This document shows, piece by piece, positions 45,732 to 54,917 of a stretch of 58,796 nt of DNA. Each line of letters starts with the position of its first letter. The first letter of the stretch is position 1. Source of the stretch: a virus; the IMG/VR virus record IMGVR_UViG_3300032287_001302; one strand, written 5' to 3'. The notes beneath the pieces were generated by a model that saw only the letters and a list, made by a program, of their open reading frames with translations, was not told the DNA's origin and ran no database searches. The translations under genes and the position numbers were made by a program.

Positions 45732-45893
45732 TCAGCTTTCTGGCTCTGTGTGTGAAGATTTTTGTTTCTCTTCTAAAGCCAACCATTGCTGGTTAAACGT
45801 AGTCAACATGCCGCTAGCCAATTCAAGGGTAATTCTGTTACCCATGTTGTTTTGCATCATGTTTGCCAAGATTTCAATTAGTTCATTACGCAT
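45732..45893 (-). CDS. Hypothetical protein (53 aa, shorter than the track cutoff)
   Basis: Hand translation MRNELIEILANMMQNNMGNRITLELASGMLTTFNQQWLALEEKQ.. Confidence 0.4.
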   Translation of the reverse strand: MRNELIEILANMMQNNMGNRITLELASGMLTTFNQQWLALEEKQKSSHTEPES

Positions 45894-46164
45894 TTTCAGC
45901 CCTTTGTAAATCTATGTAGTGCCACAAGTCTTCGTTTCTGTATGTGCCGCTTGGCTTATCAGGAGCCCAAGCAGGGGGAGCACCAACTAATTCTTGATAG
46001 TCAGTCCCCAGAATTCTGTACTGCTTTGTGGGAATCTCTAAATCAAATTTATTTTCTGAGTTTAAGAATCCAACCACTACTCGCACAGCAATTCCAACAG
46101 ATTCTTCAATCAAATAAATGTCTTCCTTGATAGTAGACGCAGGTATATTTATTTCTCTTGGCAT
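45886..46164 (-). CDS. Hypothetical protein (92 aa)
   Basis: ORF directly downstream of the fibre gene. Confidence 0.5.
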   Translation of the reverse strand: MPREINIPASTIKEDIYLIEESVGIAVRVVVGFLNSENKFDLEIPTKQYRILGTDYQELVGAPPAWAPDKPSGTYRNEDLWHYIDLQRAENA

Positions 46165-46167
46165 AAT

Positions 46168-48579
46168 TTAAGTCCAGACAGGTATATAAAGAGTTGTTGC
46201 ATCAATTGTAATCTGCATCCAAGTATTTGAACTTGCGCTGCCGGGTTTATTGGTTCCTGAGAACCCTGCTGTTGCCGCTCCACTTACCGTCCCTTGAACA
46301 AACCTCATAACATTTGAGCCAGCAGAACCATTTAATCTATTTGCAGCATACGCATCTGTTCCCAAAGCAGTTGTGGCAAACGCACTTATTGCTTTCCAAG
46401 TACCGTCACTGTTTAAATACGAAGCGGCGGCAGCTGCAACAGAGGTAGAAGGGGCTAACAATGTCCAAACAGCGCCGCGGTTATTGCTGTAACCCAAACC
46501 AAGATCGCCTTGAAAAAACACACAGGGTGACAAAGCGCTGTAAGCAATGATTGCGTAACCCCCACCGGAACTACTAAATTGGGCGGCATTACCTACTGAA
46601 TCTGCACGCAATCCAAGCCCTGTTCCGTAGTTGATTGCATAAATTGTAGGTAAACCAAACGTGCCGGTTGTAGTGCTATAAAAATTCCCCGCTGAACCCG
46701 TGCCTGTGTTGTTGCTATAAACTCCCGTACCGGAAGAACTATTACTGACATACAAAGAAGCACCGCCCGCATTGGTTGTAATTGCCGCGCCAATGTCGCC
46801 AAAACCTGATTGGTTAAAAGAACCGCTTACAGTAAATCTACCTTTAACAGTAGTTTCACCTCCAAAATAAGCCGCACCGTCAGAACCACGCATCCAAAAG
46901 TTTGTTCCTGAAGTAGTTCCTAACGTAGCACCTGAAGATAAAATATTTCCTGCAGTTACATTTCCTGCAAAATTTCCCGTTGCTCCAGTAATGTCACCCT
47001 TAAACGTAGCAGCCCCGGTTGTAGCATCAATGGTAAACGTTGTACTAGCCGAAGTTCTACCAACAATACCTTTACTCGTAAAAGCCACGCCATCACCAGT
47101 AGCGTTACCAGAGCCATCAATAGAAATAGTTCCAGTTTTAAATCCGCCGGCAGAGGAAAATGTAATACCGCCACTCAAAATATCAGCAGCATTCTTATTA
47201 AGTTTATTTGTAACTTGTGATAACGCACTGGTTGCATTGGCATCCGCAGATGTGGCAAGACTTAAGGCGCTAGAAGCATTACCCTCTACCGCTGTCAACG
47301 TAGTCCCGCCTGCACCTATGGTGACACTACCAACAATAATAGAACCCGCGCTAATCGTACCCTTAACAGTCAGGTTGCCCGCAGCACTAATAGCCACCGA
47401 GTTGTTCCACGCACCAGTGTTGTCGTTGTATCCCATGGCAATACCAGCGGACGAGATACCCACCGCAGGGAGAATGCCTAGACCGGCTGCTGATGTGCCG
47501 TTGTACACCGCATCTTTGTGCTGAAACGCAATAAACGCAAGAGATGCATCAACTTTGAGGCGGTAGTTAGAACCCGTGCCTGCAAGGATGTTGGTGACTC
47601 CAGAGTTTAAATTTGATTGAAGCGTTGAACTAAAACTTGCGGATGGTAAGGCTCCACTAGCCTGCGATGCAATGATGGACAGGGATGTGCCGCCAGCAGA
47701 GTTTAAAGTTACCGAATCAGTAATGATTGCGCCGGCTGATACCGTACCCACAAAACTACCCGAGGCTGCAACCAGAGCACCAGCAAATGTAGCCGCTCCC
47801 GTTGTGGCGTCAATGGTAAATGTCGTATTAGAAATATTACGACCAACAATACCTTTACTTGTAAAAGCTACGCCGGCTCCGGTAGCATTACCGGAACTAT
47901 CAACAGAAATCGTACCGGTTTTAAATCCGCCAGCGCTGCTAAATTCAATCGTTCCGCTAAGAATGTCAGCAGCATTCTTATTAAGTTTGTTTGTAACCGA
48001 TGCAGCGTTATTTACCACATCACTAACTAAGGTTGACCCAAGGTACGCGCTGGCTGAAATAACAGATGCCGCCCTAATTGTTCCTAACAAAGTCAAATTA
48101 CCCGTGGAAGATTCAATGGCAAAGGTTGTCTGCCACACACCGTCAGATGTTCGGTTGTATCCACCTAAAATACCTGTGGATGTAATGCCTAAACCGGTTC
48201 GGACAGTGCCGGAGTAAGCGCCAGTTGTGCCAAGGACAACTGCATCTTTATGTTGAAACACAACGTACTGACCGGCAGGCTCTAACTTCATAACGGTTGT
48301 GCCGTTAGTTACACCAGTAATTACTTCTGCTGCACCGCGTTTTAAATCAGCAGTCAACGTGTCCAGCGTATAGGATGGAGCAAGGTTGGTAATGTTTGTA
48401 CTACTAACACCACTGCCAAACGTAGATGCTCCGCCTACTGGTGTTAGCGCTGTGTTTGTATTTGTACTAGTGCCAGAGTCGATGACCACTTGCATGTTTC
48501 GACTAAGAACATCTAACACCGCCCTCACTTGAGGGTCAGCTACCGCGTATGTCGGTGGGAGTGGAATAAAGTTAGACAT
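46168..48579 (-). CDS. Tail fibre/spike protein (803 aa) with an internal 261-aa-period duplication
   Basis: ATG at 48579 (MSNFIPLPPTY); the track N-terminal extension overlaps the upstream gene. 209-nt cores at 47006-47214 and 47789-47997 are alike. Confidence 0.7.
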   Translation of the reverse strand: MSNFIPLPPTYAVADPQVRAVLDVLSRNMQVVIDSGTSTNTNTALTPVGGASTFGSGVSSTNITNLAPSYTLDTLTADLKRGAAEVITGVTNGTTVMKLEPAGQYVVFQHKDAVVLGTTGAYSGTVRTGLGITSTGILGGYNRTSDGVWQTTFAIESSTGNLTLLGTIRAASVISASAYLGSTLVSDVVNNAASVTNKLNKNAADILSGTIEFSSAGGFKTGTISVDSSGNATGAGVAFTSKGIVGRNISNTTFTIDATTGAATFAGALVAASGSFVGTVSAGAIITDSVTLNSAGGTSLSIIASQASGALPSASFSSTLQSNLNSGVTNILAGTGSNYRLKVDASLAFIAFQHKDAVYNGTSAAGLGILPAVGISSAGIAMGYNDNTGAWNNSVAISAAGNLTVKGTISAGSIIVGSVTIGAGGTTLTAVEGNASSALSLATSADANATSALSQVTNKLNKNAADILSGGITFSSAGGFKTGTISIDGSGNATGDGVAFTSKGIVGRTSASTTFTIDATTGAATFKGDITGATGNFAGNVTAGNILSSGATLGTTSGTNFWMRGSDGAAYFGGETTVKGRFTVSGSFNQSGFGDIGAAITTNAGGASLYVSNSSSGTGVYSNNTGTGSAGNFYSTTTGTFGLPTIYAINYGTGLGLRADSVGNAAQFSSSGGGYAIIAYSALSPCVFFQGDLGLGYSNNRGAVWTLLAPSTSVAAAAASYLNSDGTWKAISAFATTALGTDAYAANRLNGSAGSNVMRFVQGTVSGAATAGFSGTNKPGSASSNTWMQITIDATTLYIPVWT

Positions 48580-50572
48580 TACGGAACTCTGACATAGATT
48601 CTGCCATGGCAATTTCTTCAATTTTACCGGTTGTTTGAACCCGTACAGACCAACGTAAAGCACGCTTGCCCGCAGGTAGGCGGTAATACCCAGTGGCTGC
48701 AGCTGTAAAAGTAGTCCAAGATGCGCCATCGACATAAATAGTCACGGCAGTTGAAGCTGTGCACCGAATATAGAATGCGCCAAAGTTTGTGTAATTTGGC
48801 ATGGTGAACTCTTTGCTCCACCAATCCAGCGTGTAGTAAGCAGCCGCACCATCACGCAGGCGATACACATTTGCACCCTTGGAGTAATACAGAGTGTCTG
48901 TGATTGGCAAATAAAACATCGAGTCAAACGTCTCGTTGAACTGGGTCAGCGTGCCGGCAGCTTCGTCTAGCCTGATAATAATCCCCTTGGCTTCCTGAGA
49001 AGACACCATGACAAGGTAGCCATCTGTATAGCCAAACCGAGCATCGTCGGCAATCGTGGCAAACGTAGCACGCCAGTCCTCCCGAGAGTAGAACTTCTGG
49101 CTCAACGTCATTGTTGATTGTGAGCCTTGTACCAAGACAATACCGTCAGCGGATGCGTAAGCAACAGCGCCCTCTAAGTTAACCATGAGCCTCTGGGCAA
49201 TACCGGCTTGGGGAAGCGGCAACTTTTGCTGAGACAAATTAGATGGCAAACTACCAAGAACAATATATGCGCCAGTGTTTGTCGTTACCACTAGGGACTG
49301 TGCATCGGTGCAGAGACCTATAATGTTGTTTGGGAATGACATGGCATAAGGCCAAGCGTGCGGTCTAAACGGTTCGCTGAAATACAGCATGTTGTTTTTG
49401 TACGCCGCAAAGAATCCGTTTGGCATGGAGACCAAACCGGTCATGCCCGTTTCAGGGATATCCCAATCGAGGGATGGCAGGGGCACACCAATGTCGGAAG
49501 CTTTGTAAGTCTCGTCTTTGTAAACGCCGCTTCCTAGACTTGTTGTAGTAATCTTAAAGTACGTAGGGTTTGTACCAAACGTGCGGTAGATATTGACCGT
49601 AGACTTAGGAATGTAGCCAGTGAACGAGGGGTCTGCCGTGGTAACTTCTACGTAATCAAGGTACGTCAAAGAGACAGCGTTGGCCCCAGATGGGACGGAT
49701 TCTTCAAGAATGGCGTTTACCATTGTGTACACGTAAGCACGGGTCTCAACAACTCCCCACTCAAAAGTCAATGCGCCATCTGTAGACAACATGACTTCTA
49801 CACCGCCGGGAAACGCATTGCTTCGTGTAGGCGTTGTCGCACCGGAAGCAACTGTCACATTAAAGATTTCTTTGTTTGCGTTAGTTGTATCTTTAATGAT
49901 GATCTGCGCTGTTAGCTTGGCATCAGGAGGAGTTCCAGTGGCAGCTACGGCTTCGGTAACGGTTGTAGTTGTGTTTTGCTCAGTCTGCTCAAACGTAGAC
50001 GTGGCTTCTTGGCCAGCGTTATAAAGAGTACGGGTGGGTGGAGTAAACGTATATTTCTTCCATGGAGACACCACAACAAACGAAGTCATTGCGCCTTCTT
50101 GGTATCTCTTACCATTGAGCTCGTACCATACAGTGGTTGTGACACTGATACTGGGATAGTCAGGCAATGAGGCCCGCTGCTTTAGCACAAGGGTAGGAGA
50201 CACCGTAGGAGCAGGAACACCCACAGTGTAAGACGTGCTAGGCTCGCCTCCGGTAGCGGTTGCTAATGAATACTGGGCAACTTTGAACCCGCTTGAGTTC
50301 ATAAAGTACATGCGCCCGTAGGTGTCGTTATTAACGGGGGTTCTAACTGCAAACGTCTCAACTGGCCATGTGAAGAAATTAACGCCTTCTTCGGTATAAA
50401 TACCTCTGACCGTATTGGTCATGGTTTTAATTAGTGTGCCCCCTCGTAGCGGGCGTAAGTCATTTTGCGCAAAGTCACAAAATAAAGCCTGCTGAGCGTT
50501 GATATCCGGCAGTTTATAGTCCGGCACATTTGGCAGTTCGCCAGAAAAGTTTTTTAGTACGAGGGTAGTCAT
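48572..50572 (-). CDS. Large tail structural protein (666 aa), candidate tail tube/nozzle component
   Basis: Called on size and position only. Confidence 0.5.
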   Translation of the reverse strand: MTTLVLKNFSGELPNVPDYKLPDINAQQALFCDFAQNDLRPLRGGTLIKTMTNTVRGIYTEEGVNFFTWPVETFAVRTPVNNDTYGRMYFMNSSGFKVAQYSLATATGGEPSTSYTVGVPAPTVSPTLVLKQRASLPDYPSISVTTTVWYELNGKRYQEGAMTSFVVVSPWKKYTFTPPTRTLYNAGQEATSTFEQTEQNTTTTVTEAVAATGTPPDAKLTAQIIIKDTTNANKEIFNVTVASGATTPTRSNAFPGGVEVMLSTDGALTFEWGVVETRAYVYTMVNAILEESVPSGANAVSLTYLDYVEVTTADPSFTGYIPKSTVNIYRTFGTNPTYFKITTTSLGSGVYKDETYKASDIGVPLPSLDWDIPETGMTGLVSMPNGFFAAYKNNMLYFSEPFRPHAWPYAMSFPNNIIGLCTDAQSLVVTTNTGAYIVLGSLPSNLSQQKLPLPQAGIAQRLMVNLEGAVAYASADGIVLVQGSQSTMTLSQKFYSREDWRATFATIADDARFGYTDGYLVMVSSQEAKGIIIRLDEAAGTLTQFNETFDSMFYLPITDTLYYSKGANVYRLRDGAAAYYTLDWWSKEFTMPNYTNFGAFYIRCTASTAVTIYVDGASWTTFTAAATGYYRLPAGKRALRWSVRVQTTGKIEEIAMAESMSEFRNV

Positions 50573-50603
50573 ACAGTCATTCTATGTAAGACGCATTGGG
50601 AGT

Positions 50604-51200
50604 TCAAGCTTTCAGCACTTCCAGCGCATGATTTATATGTTTAATGCGGTCTTGCAGCCCGATTGTGCCGCCATTGATCTTCTTAGTCATGGTCAAATAG
50701 TCCATACTGTCAGCAAACCGGTTGAGCTTCTGAACATCCCAAAACCAGCCGGCAGTCAACGCAGCGTACATGGGAGTGGCCACAAGATCGGGCTCCATGA
50801 TGAAATCCACCCCAAGGGCTTGCCCTGCGTGATGGTAATTAGCCGCGCCAGTGAGCTGTATACATCCGCGTCCGCGGAAACGCCATCCATCCCCTGAGGC
50901 TTCGTCCCGGTTGTTCATCCGGTTAGAGTACACCGTATTGGCAATGAGTTTTGGGTTACGGGCGCAGGCTTGAGCCTTGGCTGCGTCAAACCGTTTGGGC
51001 CACAGTTTTTGAAGAGCCTCGGCTCTGTAGTTTAAGTTCTCTTCAAGGATTCTAAAGTTCCCACACTCATGTCCGCACTGGCCTATGAAGGCCGCTTGGC
51101 GCAAGGGCGTAGAAATATCAAACCGCTGGAATGTGCTGTTTAGCGCATCAACCCAATCAGAGCCGATGTGCAGTTTCTGTAGTTGGGCTTCACTGACCAT
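50604..51200 (-). CDS. Endolysin, glycoside hydrolase family 19 type (198 aa)
   Basis: GQCGHECGNFRILEENLNY and RGRGCIQLTGAANY motifs; no signal peptide. Confidence 0.85.
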   Translation of the reverse strand: MVSEAQLQKLHIGSDWVDALNSTFQRFDISTPLRQAAFIGQCGHECGNFRILEENLNYRAEALQKLWPKRFDAAKAQACARNPKLIANTVYSNRMNNRDEASGDGWRFRGRGCIQLTGAANYHHAGQALGVDFIMEPDLVATPMYAALTAGWFWDVQKLNRFADSMDYLTMTKKINGGTIGLQDRIKHINHALEVLKA

Positions 51201-51669
51201 TGATAAGATTCCTTACTTCGTTGTAAGCGGCGGCGCAAGCGTTGAGCTTGGTGATGGCTTTATCCCCGTCGGCTGCGATGTCGATAAGAGCTGATATAAG
51301 CGCTCGCTCAGATTCGCTTTGCTCGGGTTGCTCGGGTTGTGGATTTCCAACGGGAGCAGAGGCACTTTGGCTGGCTTGTGGACAACTGGGGGTGGGGAGG
51401 CGCAACCGACCAGTGCGAGCAAGCTCGTGCATAGCAGACTGTTTCTTAGCAATTTCATCTTGAGCCTTTCTGAGTTGGGTTTCGTGATCTTGCAGCTTAG
51501 ACGCCATCGTTTGCTCTAGCGCCCTCGCTTCTTCATTTTTCTTTGCAATGGCAACTTGCATGTCTTTGTCACGGTCTTCCCAACCAAAATGGTAGCCACC
51601 GCGGTATGTACCAAACACGGTAATGGCTAAGCCGACGAGTATCCAAGGTAATGGTATGCCAAACATCAT
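51190..51669 (-). CDS. Rz: i-spanin (Rz-like, 159 aa)
   Basis: N-terminal transmembrane segment and coiled coil; contains the nested lipoprotein ORF in another frame. Confidence 0.8.
   Translation of the reverse strand: MMFGIPLPWILVGLAITVFGTYRGGYHFGWEDRDKDMQVAIAKKNEEARALEQTMASKLQDHETQLRKAQDEIAKKQSAMHELARTGRLRLPTPSCPQASQSASAPVGNPQPEQPEQSESERALISALIDIAADGDKAITKLNACAAAYNEVRNLINGQ
51213..51458 (-). CDS. Rz1: o-spanin (Rz1-like lipoprotein, 81 aa) fully embedded in the Rz frame
   Basis: Signal peptide with lipobox LVGC; proline-rich mature part. Confidence 0.75.
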   Translation of the reverse strand: MKLLRNSLLCTSLLALVGCASPPPVVHKPAKVPLLPLEIHNPSNPSKANLSERLYQLLSTSQPTGIKPSPSSTLAPPLTTK

Positions 51670-52196
51670 TCAGCCTCCTTGCGTGCAGCCGCGGTCTCAG
51701 CCCGCTCTTGCTCATCTTCTAAGTGATCAGGCGGCGTTGTGGGCGGAGGGCCGGGTGTCCATGACTCATCGAGCTCCGGATTCTTCCACACAGGCATTGC
51801 ACCAAACGGTTGTGTGGGTAAGCCGTAGGCCGACTGCGGAGGAGCGTAGTTACTGGACATTCCGTATCCACCACTCATACCGCCCATCATTGGCGGACAC
51901 ATTTGTTGCATCGGAGGTTGGGGAGCCCCAAAAGCCTTAGCCGCTGCGCCTGCCGCACGTTTAGTCATCACCCCACCAATACCTCCCACAATCAACAGAA
52001 CAATGTCGTTGAGCATCTTGGTGTAGGCTTGGTCAATGGGGGCCATGCTCTTGATTGGTTGCGTCACAAACGTTACAGAGTAAAGCAGCGCAATGACAAT
52101 GAAGCACAGGATGAGAGTGACAACCCCGACAACGAAGCCCCAAACGCGGACTTCAAATTCTTCAGTTGTTAGTCTTGGTTTCTGATTGCTGTTCAT
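51666..52196 (-). CDS. Two-transmembrane protein with a long P/G/M-rich tail and charged C-terminus (176 aa); holin candidate
   Basis: ATG at 52196 preceded by GGAGAA; ATGA overlap with the Rz start. Confidence 0.5.
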   Translation of the reverse strand: MNSNQKPRLTTEEFEVRVWGFVVGVVTLILCFIVIALLYSVTFVTQPIKSMAPIDQAYTKMLNDIVLLIVGGIGGVMTKRAAGAAAKAFGAPQPPMQQMCPPMMGGMSGGYGMSSNYAPPQSAYGLPTQPFGAMPVWKNPELDESWTPGPPPTTPPDHLEDEQERAETAAARKEAE

Positions 52197-52365
52197 TGAC
52201 TTTCTTCTCCAAGATAGGGGCAACTAGGTATTCAGGGCACTGCTGGGTAAAAAGGCACTTTGGCTTCTGACATTCCAGCGCATGAAAGTTGTCGGGGTTC
52301 TGGCATGGATATCGGTAAACGTCTTTGCATCCAGCCAGTAGTAAGATTAGTATGAAGTATCTCAT
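52162..52365 (-). CDS. Cysteine-rich lipoprotein (67 aa)
   Basis: MRYFILILLLAGC lipobox, four further Cys in the mature part, ATGA overlap with the upstream ORF. Confidence 0.6.
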   Translation of the reverse strand: MRYFILILLLAGCKDVYRYPCQNPDNFHALECQKPKCLFTQQCPEYLVAPILEKKVNEQQSETKTNN

Positions 52366-52532
52366 GCCTTGACATCCACTAAGCGGGCCCATTGAGTCTT
52401 GATTTCCTGAACTTTTTGTTGTTGTTCAGCCTGTCTGGTCAACTCTGCCAAACGCTTGATATTTTGTTCATGAATTGCCCTATGAGCCTCTGACAACATT
52501 TTGGCATTCTCTTGGTAAGTGGTAATTCTCAT
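52362..52532 (-). CDS. Small helical protein (56 aa, shorter than the track cutoff)
   Basis: Hand translation; ATGA overlaps at both ends. Confidence 0.45.
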   Translation of the reverse strand: MRITTYQENAKMLSEAHRAIHEQNIKRLAELTRQAEQQQKVQEIKTQWARLVDVKA

Positions 52533-52684
52533 TTGCCTAATCCAACCCTTCCAAGTAAAAGATTAACAATCTTGTCTGACAAGTCATCAGGCAAGAACTT
52601 TAGAAATCCAAGAAACCACAAAGCCACGCACCCGTAGATGAATATCTTGAGACATAAATCAAAGGTCTTCTGATACTCATTCAT
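52529..52684 (-). CDS. Single-pass membrane protein (51 aa); holin or antiholin candidate
   Basis: Hand translation MNEYQKTFDLCLKIFIYGCVALWFLGFLKFLPDD.. Confidence 0.45.
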   Translation of the reverse strand: MNEYQKTFDLCLKIFIYGCVALWFLGFLKFLPDDLSDKIVNLLLGRVGLGK

Positions 52685-52766
52685 TGCTCAAATACGGATA
52701 AACAACTATCCAAAAGAAATAGTTAAGAGGTACAGCAGACCAAAGAACTATATCAAAGTAAGTCAT
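52677..52766 (-). CDS. Tiny hydrophobic peptide (29 aa)
   Basis: ATGA overlap with the stop of the 172-aa ORF; MTYFDIVLWSAVPLNYFFWIVVYPYLSNE. Confidence 0.3.
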   Translation of the reverse strand: MTYFDIVLWSAVPLNYFFWIVVYPYLSNE

Positions 52767-53281
52767 CTGCCACCGCACCGGCGAGTAGTATTACAAAAGT
52801 CCATCAACTCATTGATGCCAATAAAAACCAAGAACAGCACAAACGCACAGCCGCCAATGATCATGGCTAGCTCGTTCATCTCAGCTTCTTTTTCTTTTGC
52901 CTTCTTTTCTGCCCGCTCTAAAGCCCTCAGTTCTCTAGCGTCATCAATATCCATCTGGTCTTGACGAGCTTTAATCTTGTTCCACACGTCTATCTTGCCA
53001 GTGGTCATAAAGAGCATTTTTAACTCTTCCTCAAACGCTCTTGCTTGCTCAAGCGCCATCTCGATTTGCAATGCGGTTCCCATGTTGGAACCCTTGCTTT
53101 TTTTGGTTTCAATCAGAGCTTTAGTGGCTGTTGATTTGGCGTCAAACAGCTTACCGATCATTGGCGCAAGCGAACCAAGATCATTGGCCACCGCGCTGGC
53201 CTTCTTAACCATGCTGATGGCTGACTGTATGCCAGCTAGGGCTGTTAGCGGATCAATCATTTCCGTTCTACCTTTTTCCAT
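52763..53281 (-). CDS. Coiled-coil protein with a C-terminal transmembrane anchor (172 aa)
   Basis: Charged helical body followed by LAMIIGGCAFVLFLVFIGI. Confidence 0.55.
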   Translation of the reverse strand: MEKGRTEMIDPLTALAGIQSAISMVKKASAVANDLGSLAPMIGKLFDAKSTATKALIETKKSKGSNMGTALQIEMALEQARAFEEELKMLFMTTGKIDVWNKIKARQDQMDIDDARELRALERAEKKAKEKEAEMNELAMIIGGCAFVLFLVFIGINELMDFCNTTRRCGGR

Positions 53282-53366
53282 TCAATACAGTAGACTTTTC
53301 GGTTATAGACATCGCCAACCCAAATCCACTTAACACATCTGTATTCAATAGATACAGCCAGTAAAA

Positions 53367-53459
53367 TTATGGAAAGCACCATACAACAACGTACGTGCCC
53401 AAGATCACAAAACAAGTGATACCTGCCGTTGCAATAAGTGCCTCGGCCCAGTTAATCAT
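53367..53459 (-). CDS. Tiny hydrophobic peptide (30 aa)
   Basis: ATG lies 1 nt after the upstream stop; MINWAEALIATAGITCFVILGTYVVVWCFP. Confidence 0.3.
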   Translation of the reverse strand: MINWAEALIATAGITCFVILGTYVVVWCFP

Positions 53460-53460
53460 T

Positions 53461-53658
53461 TTACAGCCCTAATACTTTTTTGACAAATTCAGCCGCGACA
53501 CCGGGACCAAACAGAACGGCAAGCATAACGGCGTAAAGCATATACTCAATATTGCGCATGCGGTCTTTCCCGCTATCGAGCTTGCCCTCAATAGACCTGT
53601 ATCTTTCAGCGCAAACAGCTTCGTGCACGGCTAGCCTTTTATCAACATCTGATTCCAT
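53461..53658 (-). CDS. Small protein with a C-terminal transmembrane segment (65 aa)
   Basis: YMLYAVMLAVLFGPGVAAEFV hydrophobic stretch. Confidence 0.5.
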   Translation of the reverse strand: MESDVDKRLAVHEAVCAERYRSIEGKLDSGKDRMRNIEYMLYAVMLAVLFGPGVAAEFVKKVLGL

Positions 53659-53666
53659 GATTTATC

Positions 53667-54548
53667 TCAAAAAGTAATAGAACCATTGGCTGTAAATCGG
53701 TAGACCCTAAAGCCTCCAGCCACAGTAATCGTTGGTGAACCTGTTGTGCTTGTTGCGGCTCTAAATGTGTCTGGATAACGAAGGATGACGATACCGCTAC
53801 CGCCATTACCACCAGCAAGAGAGCCGGTAATATTATCTGCGCCGCCGCCACCGCCACCTGTATTAGCAGTTCCTGCGGTGGCTCCACCGCCATTACCACC
53901 GCCACCAACGCCGCCAATGCCACCACCAGCAGAACCCGTATTTCCTCCTCCACCACCACCGGCATAAACAACTAAGGAGCCAGAAATAGAGGAAGCAATA
54001 CCTGCGCCGCCATTAGTTCCTGTGTTTACACCAGAAACATTATCCAATCCTTGAGTTCCAGCGCCGCCGCCGCCTTGTCCCGGTATGCTTGTGCCACCGC
54101 TAGTACCGCCGCGATTGCCTTGCCCAGAAATACCTGAACCACCTGCTTTTGGCCCACTACTGCTATTACCAGTAGAACCGCCGCCTGAACCACCTGCACT
54201 ACCGCTAGTTCCGTTGGCTCCGCCACCATATCCAGAACCGCCGCCGCCGCCGCCTGAAGCAGTTATAGAGTTAAAAACAGAATTTACTCCGTTTGTTCCT
54301 TGGACATATCCGCCAGCGTATGTTCCGCCAGCGCCAATAGTAATTGTAATTGCAGAATTTGTGGTGATTCCAACAAAGCCAGCAAGTAAGCCGCCAGCAC
54401 CGCCACCACCACCACGATCTCCACCACCACTGCCACCACCAGCAACGATCAAATACTCCACATTCTGGGCAGGGATGCCAGTCCAGTTATTGTCTTTTAC
54501 AGCTTGAGACACCTGCGAGAGTGTCCACATCCCAGAATACTGCGCCAT
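53667..54548 (-). CDS. Glycine-rich paralog D (293 aa)
   Basis: VEYLIVAGGGSGGG ... GGSGIVILRYP ... ANGSITF-stop. Confidence 0.75.
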   Translation of the reverse strand: MAQYSGMWTLSQVSQAVKDNNWTGIPAQNVEYLIVAGGGSGGGDRGGGGGAGGLLAGFVGITTNSAITITIGAGGTYAGGYVQGTNGVNSVFNSITASGGGGGGSGYGGGANGTSGSAGGSGGGSTGNSSSGPKAGGSGISGQGNRGGTSGGTSIPGQGGGGAGTQGLDNVSGVNTGTNGGAGIASSISGSLVVYAGGGGGGNTGSAGGGIGGVGGGGNGGGATAGTANTGGGGGGADNITGSLAGGNGGSGIVILRYPDTFRAATSTTGSPTITVAGGFRVYRFTANGSITF

Positions 54549-54549
54549 G

Positions 54550-54906
54550 TCAGGCTCCTTGAGTTACTTCAACCCATGATGTTGTTGGCTCGTCCCAGCG
54601 GTGCATACCAGTTGTAGGCATAGGCACAGGAGAACCCCACAGGCAAGTGTCTTCGTTCAGCACCCAGCTTGGAAATGGCTTGGGAGGAATGAAAGCGTCA
54701 CGGGTAGAGTCGTATGTGTAACCGATGCCAGCGTAGTTCTTACGCAGTGGGCGACCTTCAGGGTGCTGACCGCCTTGAGTGTTGTAGCTGGTTTGAATCC
54801 ACAATGATGGATCACCCCAAGGATGACCTTCTTGGTTCAGCGTTTCCCAATCGACCACATTAACTTCTGTGACGATGCCGTTGATGACTTTAGCAAAATG
54901 TGCCAT
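54550..54906 (-). CDS. Hypothetical protein (118 aa) between glycine-rich genes
   Basis: ATG at 54906 preceded by AAGGAA; begins MAHFAKVINGIVTEV. Confidence 0.55.
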   Translation of the reverse strand: MAHFAKVINGIVTEVNVVDWETLNQEGHPWGDPSLWIQTSYNTQGGQHPEGRPLRKNYAGIGYTYDSTRDAFIPPKPFPSWVLNEDTCLWGSPVPMPTTGMHRWDEPTTSWVEVTQGA

Positions 54907-54917
54907 GTTTATTTCCT

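Noticed and set aside
46168-48579. Possible diversity-generating retroelement (template/variable repeat pair) in the tail fibre
   Set aside because: There is no reverse transcriptase anywhere in the genome. Both repeat copies are coding and in frame, and their differences are of all substitution types rather than adenine-specific.
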